Source: Amoebophrya sp. A120 (taxonomy: Eukaryota > Protista > Dinoflagellata). Taken from it: 64,000 nt of DNA. Position 1 is the stretch's first letter. Each line of letters opens with the position of its first letter. The DNA is taken from positions 1,140,392-1,204,391 of the forward strand of contig CAJINV010000013.1 in NCBI GenBank assembly GCA_905178155.1. The letters run 5' to 3'. This document shows positions 35,292-45,804 of the stretch, one piece after another. Both the position numbers and the translations under genes were made by a program. The notes beneath the pieces are model-generated. The model saw only the letters and a program-made list of their open reading frames with translations, was not told where the DNA came from and did no database searches.

Positions 35292-36858
35292 CTAGATCCA
35301 ATTTTTGTCGGTCTCTTTCATGACGTTGTGCATGCGGTCCTTTTGCTGGGCCATGTTTCCCCGTGCCGTGGTGGCCTTTTCCTGCATGTCGTGTATGTAC
35401 TTGTCTTGCTCCTGAATCTTTCCGCCAATGTCGAGGGCTTTGCCGTGGAGCACGTCTAGCAAGTCGTCGACAGCGTCGAGTTGGTCGTTGGTTTCGTCGT
35501 CAAACTTGCCGTCCTTCTTGTGCCCGCCGTTTTTCAGGAGCTTCTCCGCGTCCCTTTGGTTCTTCTTGGAGCCGGCCTGCACCCGTGGGTCCGACCAGAC
35601 CTGGTGCACGCCGAGCTTGATGTACTCCAGCTGCGACTGAATGCCCTTCACGAACTGGGCCTGGGCTTCCGGCGTGGGCGTGTCAAACATCCACGGGATG
35701 GACTGCTGCTTGTTCTCGAACACGGCAAACCCACCCGGGTGCTCCTTAATCATGGACTTCATGTCGCTGGTAGCCTGGAAACAAGTTAGAAGAGCAGTAT
35801 GTTCGTTTTGCAGCTCTCATTTTCGTTGAAGATAGAAATGGTTCATCTTCATGCAGGTCGAGGATGAATGACGCAGACCTTCTACTTACTTGTACTTTGC
35901 TTCTACAAAACTAGATTGATGCCCGGGTAAGTACCCGCTTCACAAGATTCGAATCAGACTTACATCACAAACTCAACCAAAGTCAAAGAAGCACTTCAGT
36001 CAGAAAAATTGATGAGAAGAGGAGCCGCTTGATATCCTCTCATAAAACTTCATTTCAACACAATTCACCAGAATTACCTGTGGGTCGGATAGGAGCATGA
36101 TTCTGGTTTCCTTTGTGACGGTGATATGCTGGTGGAAGTTGCAACCCTCATCGTCTGCAACCGAGAGCTTATTCCCGTGCGACATAAGGTAGCACGTTTT
36201 CCACTTGTCCTTGAAGTGTTGTCCGGCTTTTTTCACTTTGCCCTCCTTGAAGACGGGGAAACCGTCGGGCGAAGTGGGCTTCATTTTCATCTCCTGAAAT
36301 TTCGTGTCCACGCGCGCACCGCCACCAGTAATACCTGTTTGAGAATGAATTTTCTTTTTATGCATGGCAGGCACGGGCCTGCTCAGGATTAATAAGAGCG
36401 ACCTCAGGATAAAGAAAGAAATACTTTTGGAGTGCCTCAAAATCTCCATTTCTCACTCATCTCTTCTGTGTACTTGGTAGTTGCACTTGCGCCTGCCTGG
36501 CCACGCGCATGGATCGATGCATTAGAGAAGTAGCGCTAGCAGTCACAAAAATAAGTATACCTTCCATGTTTCCGAGAATCTTGTCGCCCTTCATGAGGTT
36601 TTCGTTGATGTGGTCCTGTTTTTCCAAAATTCTCTTCATGGCCGCCGTGTTGTCGTCCAGTCCGGTGAGAATTTTGTCCGCTGTCCGGTCCGTCTCCTGC
36701 AGTTTGTTCACCACGCGCCCCAGCGTGTCGTGCTGGTCCTTCTTGAGCCGGGCCATCTCCTGCTGTTTCTGGGCGTTTGTCATATTGGCGTACGGGTCGT
36801 GAATTTTGCCCTGGCCCTGCGCGAAGTTGGCCACGTTCATGTCGTTGCCGCGCGGCAT
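35292..36858 (-). CDS. SNAP-25-like Qbc-SNARE with internal PH domain, paralog B
   Basis: Three exons 36858-36561, 36334-36078, 35774-35292 joined in frame by canonical GT-AG introns; same Qb-PH-Qc layout as paralog A. Confidence 0.8.
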
Positions 36859-37882
36859 CCTCGACGAGGTTAGCGGGTGAGAGAGTGGTTGCTCTCGGTG
36901 GAAAATTACAATTTTTTCGACTTCGTTCGACAAATGATGATCGCGTGTTGCTTTATTCAAATGTGCAATGCCGATACTGTTCTCTATTTGAGAGGAAAAG
37001 GAATAGATACAATGGCAAGATATATTAAATGGGAACTAGAACGCCCTAGAAGGGCTGTAATAGTCCACCTGCAGCTCTGCTTCTTGGAGCAGTATGGGAA
37101 GAGGCAACAATAGATGGTCCCTGAAGTTTTTGTTGTGCGTAAAACAAAGGAAATACTCGAAAGCTTAAATATTAAAAAGCAGGGTGGACGAGGACACGAC
37201 GCGTCAATGCGAAGACCGAGAATAGTTGCGCGATAGTGCAACATCACATTTACCGAAGTAGAATTGAAAGGCACAAAGCACAGCGAGGATGTTGCTGCAG
37301 CTGCACGTGTAGTTTTTCTTTTTCTTTGCACGAAAAATCGCATGAACGATGAATTGCATGTACCAACTGTAGACCGAATTGGTGCGGCATTGGGCGGAAC
37401 GAATTGCGCCGATATCAACTACAGCGTACGATGCCGATGCTGTTGCTGCAAGTATCAGTCTATTATAGTGCCTTCCAAGATAAGCAGAGGAAAGTTCTGT
37501 GCGGAGTGGGGAACTACCGAATTTGGTTTTCAGGTTTTTTACTTAATCATGCAACCGAAAGTCAATTCTCACTGGTGGAACGCAGTTGCAGACCGACGAC
37601 CAGCAAAGGTGTCAGAGACAGGAAATCAAATCCTTTTCTCATGCTGGGTTTTATTTTCACTGCACGGAGTGATTTTCTAGTGCTTTCGCCGGTCGTGCAT
37701 GAATTGCTATGAAGGTGACCACCTCCCGAGGACAAACGGATCATGATGTCGTGTCGGTTTTCACAATTGGTTGGCTGCTACCGCTGCGCCTGCGTCCTGA
37801 GGTGCGGCCACGAGAAATGAACATCACATTCACAACGCAGCGGAGTAATAAGTACCTTCTCCAAACCGAAAAGAGTGCTGTG

Positions 37883-40800
37883 TCAATACCCCGCGGGCCC
37901 CTCGTCCGCGAACTCATCATTTGCCTGCGTGACGAGGCGGAAGAGCTGCTGGTACGCGAACCCGACGTAGTTTATGCTGCTGAATTGCGACCCGCCCGTC
38001 GGGTCCCGCTCCGGGCCCACGACCCAATCCTCCCCCATAGAAAAAATGTCGAGCACCGTGAACCTCGATCGGCTTGCGGTGAATTGCAGCACCCAAGCGG
38101 TGCCGTTCCCCACGAGGATCGACGGCTGGTTTGCCGCGGTGGCGTACGGCTTGGGGGGCAGCACCGTCTTACCAACGCGGAAAAAGAGATAGACGATGTT
38201 GCTGTCGTAGTCCGACTGCTTGTAGATGCCCGACACGACCTTCATGGCTTTGCCCAGGTACTGCTTTGTGCTCCGGTAGTCACTCGCGGTGGCGGCAGCA
38301 ATGGCCTCATCCTTCCGCTGCGCCTCTTCGGCGATGGCCGGATCTAGAAATACCCCCTGGTCGCGGTTCGGCTCGAGCGGATCGTCGAGGATGTGCTCCA
38401 TGTTATTTCTGATCACGTCGACAGGAACGCGGTCGTCGAAGAGGTGCGGGTTGTTGCTGTTGTCTTCCGGGTCGGTGTTGACAAGTTCCGAGTTGTCCGT
38501 GTTGGGAAACCCGAGGGATTCCCTGGCAACTACGAGTCGAGGGGTGGGTCTCGTCTTAGTTGCAGATGTGGAACTCCCGCCATCTACTTCAGCACCCGCG
38601 GATGATCCCTTTCCAAACGGCCCCTCGTCCAGGAAAACCGAATCCTGGTCTTTCAACAGTATGTCGCTTGCCTTCTTCGCCATCTCCGCGTTCACCTGCC
38701 CGCCCTCGAACAGCGCCCGCAGCAGCCGGGCGTTGGTCCAGGTCAGGTGTTCGTTGCCACTCACCAGCTTGAACGCGTTGTCGGGGAGAAGCTATCAAAT
38801 GTAAAAATGTCTGGGTCTGGAAACTTGTGATGCTGGGTGGCGTCTCATGTTGAGGCCACAAGTGCTGGCTCAGCGTGACAAGTTTCTGAGCTTCTAGGTG
38901 TTGCTTATTCTGCACCATGACAAACTGCGTTTCTGCATCACAGAAAAATGGAGCTCTTGGGTAACGCGCATGACAGATTTAAGAGTCATGCCAGACAAGC
39001 ATGACAAACATGCATTCTTCCAGACCCAGACACTTTTGCAGTTGATAGAAACTGCAGAAAGCCAAAGACCCGCAGCACCGACCCCGGCTCCCCGCCCTCA
39101 AACACGTGGGGAAGAGACTCCCGCATGTTCTTCGGCAGCTGCGGGTACAAGTGCTGGTGTAGGTACTATCTTGGGTAAAACCCCAGAGTTTGAGTTGTCA
39201 TGTAAATCTGCATGCCAAACAATTCTCTCATGCGGAGCCCCATGGGAGCCATTGCCTAGGCGTGTTTTGGAATCTGTAACGCTAGAATCAGCATGGCGTG
39301 CTAGATCTGTGATGCTTCGCAACTAGCCAAACAGGATTACATTACAAGGACAAATTTGTCATGCGAAACAACCAAAGCCGGCCGATTTGTCTAGCAGATT
39401 TCATCCCATCTTGACTCTGGGGTGGGGACGTTTTTACACAGGATAGGTACCGGGCCTTGTTCATCTGCCACCCCAGGTCCTGGATCGCGTACACCCCGTG
39501 GTTCAGCAGGTCGATTTTCAGCTGATTCTTGAAGTAGGGCCGCACCTTCCGCTCCAGAACGACTTGCTGCTCCTCCTCAACCCGCCGGTTCTTAGCGGCG
39601 ACCTTCAGCTCCAGGTCGTGCACCATGGTGTCAATGGTACTGGTCGCCTTCGGCCCCGGCAGGTTTTGCGCGTAGCTTCGCTTGTGGTAGTAGTAGACGA
39701 CGTCGTCCCGCAGTAAAATCGGCGCCGGGTCGTCGGGCGAAGTGTCGCTGTTACCCCGTTTCACGAGCTCTATCTCGTTCGTCTCCGGGTCGACCACCTC
39801 CACTTTTCCGGTGGTTTTCAGAAACGTCTCCTTGTCCGGGCAGTAGTGGAGCAAGTCCTGGATTGGCGAAGGCAGTTTCTGGTCGTCCCGCTCGGATTGT
39901 CGTGCTGAGCTCTCCTCCACAGCTTCCCTATCAATATCCGGGAACTTCCCGTCATTATTCTGGTCCAGCCAGTTGCAGGCCCACTTTGCGCTGAATTTTT
40001 TCTCTACCTCATCCAGGTCCGTGAGTCCTGCCTGCACGAGCCCCGGGCTGGTGACAAATTTGTCCTTCAGCTCCACCAGCAGCCCCTCGGGGTGCGTAGG
40101 GTAGAACGTGAACTTCGGAGAGTACGTGGCGGGCCTGTGCTTGCGGTGCACCCACGGCGTGTACGTCGAGCTAGATGATCGCGTAGTAGTTCGCTCGTGA
40201 TTTAGACTTTTCATCTCCATCACTGGGCTTGAAATAACAGCAGAAGATGTTGAACGACCGACAGATGTTGAAGACTCTGTTGATCCTTCTGAGAAGCTGC
40301 CCTCCGCGGGGCACTGCGCCGAATACGGGTCCAGCATGTGGTCCAAAAAGTGCTTGTTGCTGTGTATCTCTATCTGTTGCTGTTCGCTCTTTTCTTTCAT
40401 ACTGTCCGGCAACTTCAGGCTCAGCCCGTGATGGTTTCTGCTCGGGCGCCAGCTGTTGGGAAACCCGGCCCCGAGGTGCTTCCACCGCTTCCCGAAGTAC
40501 TTGACCAGGCCGGTCTTCTCGATCGCGTTCATGACCCCAGGGAAGTAAAAGTCGTGGAAACCGATGGTGTGGATGCAGCAGGAAATTTTTCCCAGCACCG
40601 CCTTCAGATCGAACAGCACCGCGGAAAAATCGTGCAGCGCGTCGATGAACACGAAGTGGACCGGCGTGCCCTGCAGCGAGTACGCCCAGTGTTCCTGGTA
40701 CAGGTCGTAATTGAGTTTTATCAGGTTGGGGTAGTTGGGAATCAGCCGTCGCGTGAATCCCGGGCGCTTCTCCAGGCAAATCACCTGTTTGAACAGCCGG

Positions 40801-42519
40801 ACCAGAATATTGAGAGGAAAAATCCCCCCTCCCCATATTGCAAAGATATGCTTCCAAAAATTTGTGTTGCGGATTTGAGGTCACAAATCACATCTGTCTT
40901 TCAAGAAGACAAGGGCAGAAGTTTCCGCCACATTATGGAAGCTGTTTGCCATGCTGTTGGGCATAAAGGGGAACCGTTTGCCATGCTGAACAACTAGACC
41001 CATACGCCCCTACCTAGCCTGGGGATCTGGCCGCCATGCCTCTCTGCAATACAAAGCTGATTTGTGGCCACAAATCAGCATCACAAATTTCCGTTTTGAC
41101 ATGGGGAGGGGGGATTTTTCATTTTGATACAGAATCCGCGTGGTAAACCCGTTCGCGCTATCAAATGCAAAAATGTCTGGGTCTGGAAGATTTGAACTTG
41201 TCATGCTGAATCTAAATGATGCAAAAATCTGTGTTGCGTGAGTGCCAAAAGCTGTCCGCTTTTGACCAAGTTGAGAGGGAGTTTCTCATGCAGGAAAGGC
41301 ATGCTAGAGACCTCAAAGAATCTGTCATGCTGGGTCTCGCAATCCAGAGCTCATGGGTCATGGAAAACCTGCATCACAAATCTTGCATTCTTCCAGACCC
41401 AGACATTTTTACATTTGATACGCGCAGCCCAGCTCCAGCGCCGTCTCGTTTCGCTTGCGCGAAAATCTGAAGTGCTTCAGCAGGTCGAAATGCAGCTTCG
41501 GGGACGTCGCAGCCCGAACGCCGTGGAGAATGTCGGCACCGAACTCGTCCAGCAGCGCTGCTTCCGTACTGAGAAGTTCTTGGCCAGTGTCTACGGCGAG
41601 CTCTCCTTGCTGATCGCGCGCACCGATTCTCTTTTGCCCCTCAACATTGGCCCGCTCCGCTTGCGCTCTATTTGCCGGCACGCCTAGAATCTTTACCTCT
41701 TCCTTCTCCTCAGCAGTCAGTCTGGCCTCCTTGTTCCGTCTGCGGATTTCCTCCTCCTCCTCCACCAGCCAGTCGATCTTTCTGGGCGCCGTCGTCGAGG
41801 CAATGCTGATCGCACTGTTTTCCGACCGCAGCGGCCAGCTGCCGAGCGAGATGCCGACTTGCGTGCGACAGTAGCCTGTGTTGTATTCAATAGAACCTGG
41901 TCGGAGCGCTGCCGAAAGAGAACTAGTACCGTCTTCACTTGTACTAGGTCCGCCAGTTTCATTGAACGTCGCCCGTCTTCTTACCATATCAAATGTAAAA
42001 ATGTCTGGGTCGTCTGGAAGAATGCGCGATTTGTCATGCAGCTTTTCCATGACCCATGAGGTCTGGAATGCAGGACCTAGCATGACAGATTCTGTGCGAT
42101 CTCTCTCATGCCTATCCTGCATGAGAAACTCCCTCGCGACTTGGTCAAAACTGGACGACTTTTGGTAATCATGCAACACAGATTATTGCATGCTTCAGAC
42201 CCAGACACTTTTACATTTGATATACCAACTCCGCCTCGAGAGTACATTGGTAGCGCTTCAGATCTTCCGTGTCCTCTAGTGGCAGATAGGACTGAAATCG
42301 GACTTCCGAACTGGGCCGCGGGATGCGCAAGAAGGACGGAGGGTCGCGCAGGACTTTGGTCCTTTGCTGCACATTGGGCAGACCTGCAGCAGCCAGAACG
42401 GGTTGCAGCACTGGTGGCTGCGCCACTTGAGTGGCAAGAAAGTGGAGGCGCAGGAGCGGGGACAAAAAACGACACAGAAGCAGAACATTGATTCGTAAAA
42501 ATGAACTCGGGATCTGCAT
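37883..42519 (-). CDS. class I SAM-dependent methyltransferase (Methyltransf_24-like) domain protein, ~1085 aa, split by five introners
   Basis: Removing five elements (241+267+327+284+260 nt) yields one 1086-codon ORF with ALELGCANGFTTRIL (motif I) and FVFIDALHDFSAVLFDL..IGFHDF. Confidence 0.8.
38793..39047. mobile_element. introner-like TIR element, family TATCAA, subfamily 1
   Basis: TIRs; direct repeats GAAGC/GAAAC; reverse-complement near-copy of 5996-6247; frame restored (FGFLQ-LPDNAF). Confidence 0.9.
39167..39445. mobile_element. introner-like TIR element, family TATC(T/C)TG
   Basis: Ends TATCTTGGGTAAAACCCCAGAGT / ACTCTGGGG..TTTTTACACAGGATA; GGTAC direct repeats; frame restored (KARY-LHQH). 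Confidence 0.85.
40808..41129. mobile_element. introner-like TIR element with GAAAAATCCCCCTCCCCAT TIR core
   Basis: TAT...ATA ends, CAGAA direct repeats; frame restored (TTRIL-VRLFK). Confidence 0.85.
41159..41420. mobile_element. introner-like TIR element, family TATCAA, subfamily 2
   Basis: TIRs; CGCGC direct repeats; interrupts ELGCA-NGF of the SAM motif. Confidence 0.9.
41987..42222. mobile_element. introner-like TIR element, family TATCAA, subfamily 2 (inverted relative to 41159-41420)
   Basis: TIRs; TACCA direct repeats; frame restored (EAELV-RRRAT). Confidence 0.9.
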
Positions 42520-42967
42520 TTTTCCGAAGGGGGACCGATGAACGCGGAGCAGGAAATATGGATCTTGATCGGATCACGCTCTTAACACAGACGGGGATGT
42601 TGAAATGCGATACTTACAAGCATTGGTGCTTCACGCCGAGACTGACCTACAGGAGCTACCAGGAAATACAGGCCTTTTTATCATCGGGCACAATGAAGTG
42701 CAAACTTTTTTCTGATAGTTGGAGATGATCTGTGCGAAAAAATACGTCCCCGAAGAAGTTGCACAGATCTCTGATGACCTTACCGTTCATCTGGCCGTCG
42801 CGGCATCAAGAGAACAAAACGGAAATGGGACGAGCCGGAACCGGTCCGTGCTGACCAGGATGAAAATCACGACTTGTAACACCTCTTGATGCTAATGCAG
42901 CTGACGCCAAAAAAATGTAAACGGGGCGCATGATAAGGTCATTAGATTTTTTTATCTCGAGTTATCT

Positions 42968-45067
42968 CTACGCCATAAACCCAGTCTGCGGCGCGTCGGG
43001 TAGCAGTTTCGTGCGGATTTGGTACAGCAAAGAGGAAGCTTTCACCGAAAGCGGAATGTCAGTGGAAGTTACTTCACTCGGGACTACTTTCGTGAACTTT
43101 GCGGGTGTTTCGCGACGATTGTAGTGAAGGCGGTTCTTTTCAACATCACCGCAACCCACGGCGGCGTCTAACTCCAAGTAGTCGCTTCCCCGGATCAGCA
43201 ACAACGCACCCTTTTGCTTTTTTCTCGCCAAACTGTGCTCTCCGAGCTTAAACACTTCTCGGAACAGGTTGGCGCTTTCTACGTTTTGTTCCTCTTGCGA
43301 TGGGGCAGTTTTCGTGTCAAGCACTGTATCTCGTCCCGTTTCAGAAATACTTTCCCCTGGCTTGGTCGTCGAAAAGGGGGCTGATTTGTTGCCAGAACGC
43401 ATGTGACGCCCAGCGTGCAGCACACGAAACCTGTTCGTCGTTCTGTGGGAAGCACGCGAGACCTGGTCTGTTCCCCCCTGATCCGGTTCGGAAGCGTCGC
43501 GGTCCCCTGGTGCACTTCGACTCGACGGAAGACCATCGTGTTCCGGGCTTATCAGATGATCTTCTTCCTCTTCCATAGCTCCTGTACAGCCCAAATTATA
43601 CATTCCCTCGTTTTGTTGATGATGAACTTCAACATCTTCATAATGCCCCTCCATTCCACCTACTTGTCCCATCCGCGCAGCAGCCCTCTTCCTGCGCACT
43701 GCTGCGTCATGTCTTTTCACGTCCACCCCATCGGCCAACACGAAGAACGCAAAGTCCCTTTGGGCCAGAAACTGTTCGCAGTACACGTTGTAAAACTGGT
43801 AAAAGTCCGTGCTCTTCACAAACGGCAGGTGCAGCAGGGCGCCCTGGCTCGCCCGAAGGCACTCCGGCGAGAAGGGATCGGCGCAATTCTTCAGAAAGTA
43901 CAAGCCGTGGAACTGAAACGCCAGGGCGGATCGCAGAATCGTACCCAGCGTCCCCGGATCAGGGACGTCTTCCAGCGCCAGAATCAGTTTTCCGTGCGGC
44001 AAATCGGTTAGCGCGGTGCGGTTTTGCCTTTCGCCGTACAAAGATTTCGCGAAGATGTTCGACGGAAACTCGTACTTCGCGATCAGTTCATTTTTGAAGG
44101 ACCGGAGATTCGAAATTTTTCGCAGCGGTTTCTCCTCAGTCTTGATGATCTCCCGCGTCTTCGGAAACTGGTACTCTAGGAGATTGATCAAATTCCTGGT
44201 GTTGGGGTTTGCGGATCGGGTGGAGGGGTTGTTGTACAGCGAATTGTAGCTGCGCCCCGTCGTTGAGAGGAAAGATGGATCCAAACTCGTGCTACAACCG
44301 CTCGTGCAGTCGGTATAATTTCCGGCACTTGGAGCTTTATCGTCATATTCCTCGTCCTCGTCCCCAGCTGTACCAGAATTCTGAAAATCGTCACGAAAAT
44401 CGGTATGCTTCTCAATCAAAGCTTGAAACCCTGCCTGTTTCCGCTCGTGCGCATGGACGCCGAGATTCGACAAATTGTGCTGACTACTTGTTTTTACCCA
44501 CTCCTTTGCATTATAGTACGACCCACTTGTTCCCCCTTGCTGTCCCAAAAAATCAGGCCTACACCTGTTTTTCCAGGGGCACAGGATTGCGAGCGGTTCC
44601 AGATTCGCTTTTCTCTGCAGCTCCAGAATTAACTTCTTTCCCACCACTACAAACTGCTGCTTCAGACCTCGGTAATCCGGCTCTTGCACCAGCCGGAAAA
44701 AGTCCACCGCCCGGGAGTCCCGCATCGATCCGATGGTGTTTGCTGGAGGCGACGTTGTTGGTGTTCTGGGACTTCGTGTTCTTCCCATGCTGCTAGTACC
44801 ATTCCCGCCTTGCGATCTGTTTTGTCGCCCTGCGGTGGTCCCGCTCGCACGATACGAACCCGAAGAACTAGTAGATGCCGCTGAAGCAGCAGTAGCAAAG
44901 TCGGAGAAGAACCGTCTCGCCGGCGGTCGCAGCAGCTGCTGCTGCATCTCGAATAGAGCACTTGGTTGAGCAATGCAGCTCGGTTGCCAAATTTGTCTAC
45001 GCCACGGGCCGGCAGAGGAGGAGGAGCGGGAGCTGCTGCCGGAAGGTACTAGTGGTAGCGAACGCAT
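42968..45067 (-). CDS. SpoU/TrmH (SPOUT) RNA methyltransferase-like protein, MRM3-like, possible organellar transit peptide
   Basis: VVVGKKLILEL; LALEDVPDPGTLGTILRSA..CADPFSPECLRASQGALLHLP; C-terminal LSVKASSLLYQ; S/R-rich N-terminus. Confidence 0.75.
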   Translation of the reverse strand: MRSLPLVPSGSSSRSSSSAGPWRRQIWQPSCIAQPSALFEMQQQLLRPPARRFFSDFATAASAASTSSSGSYRASGTTAGRQNRSQGGNGTSSMGRTRSPRTPTTSPPANTIGSMRDSRAVDFFRLVQEPDYRGLKQQFVVVGKKLILELQRKANLEPLAILCPWKNRCRPDFLGQQGGTSGSYYNAKEWVKTSSQHNLSNLGVHAHERKQAGFQALIEKHTDFRDDFQNSGTAGDEDEEYDDKAPSAGNYTDCTSGCSTSLDPSFLSTTGRSYNSLYNNPSTRSANPNTRNLINLLEYQFPKTREIIKTEEKPLRKISNLRSFKNELIAKYEFPSNIFAKSLYGERQNRTALTDLPHGKLILALEDVPDPGTLGTILRSALAFQFHGLYFLKNCADPFSPECLRASQGALLHLPFVKSTDFYQFYNVYCEQFLAQRDFAFFVLADGVDVKRHDAAVRRKRAAARMGQVGGMEGHYEDVEVHHQQNEGMYNLGCTGAMEEEEDHLISPEHDGLPSSRSAPGDRDASEPDQGGTDQVSRASHRTTNRFRVLHAGRHMRSGNKSAPFSTTKPGESISETGRDTVLDTKTAPSQEEQNVESANLFREVFKLGEHSLARKKQKGALLLIRGSDYLELDAAVGCGDVEKNRLHYNRRETPAKFTKVVPSEVTSTDIPLSVKASSLLYQIRTKLLPDAPQTGFMA

Positions 45068-45804
45068 TCTGAGAAAAAAAAATGTGACTGTGTTTACTGC
45101 AACCACATCGGAGTGAAGTTGTAAACGTCGGGAGGAACAGGGGTTGTAGCCCTTAATGTCAATAATCGACACTCAACTCAAGATGATCAAAGATCGTTGG
45201 TGTTTTCACTAGCAATTGAGCCAGTGCTTTCGGCTTCGGATCTCGCTTACATGATGATGATCACAGATCATTGCATCACTCTGTTCGACGTCAAAATGAA
45301 AAGGAAGACCATCGCGGCCGCGCGTTTTGCGGAAATACGGACACCGTTCCAACGCTCGTCCGGGTTTTCTGTAAACAAGGAAAACACGAAACTGTGTTCG
45401 GATTATATTCCAACATGGGAATAAGATCATCATGATCGCAAGGGGCTTATGACTTGGGTCTGCTTGTTCTGGAAAAACCAGCAAAAAAACAAGAAGACTG
45501 CTAGCTCGTCGACCTTGAGCTTGATCCTCTGCTACTATGATCTCGCATAGTGTACATGCCAAATTTGATTTACATGTGCAGATCACGCGAAGAAAACGAA
45601 CAAAGACTGCTCGAACTCCGCTGGGTATCCGAACAAGCTACTTGCTGTCTGAACCACATGACAGACAGCGAGTAGACCGAAGAGCCGAATTTGGCGGATA
45701 CGTAAACGCATTGACACATAATTGAACGGCAATGCGGTAGTGCCACCTAAATCCATTCGAGCTTCCGCCACATGTTGATTTCGCCAACATTCATGTTGCA
45801 CTCG

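Noticed and set aside
38898-42179. Similar short peptides in several ORFs (e.g. FQTQTFLHLI, PDPDIFTFD, IKCKNVWVW) as a protein family
   Set aside because: They are translations of the introner TIRs and bodies, not genes.
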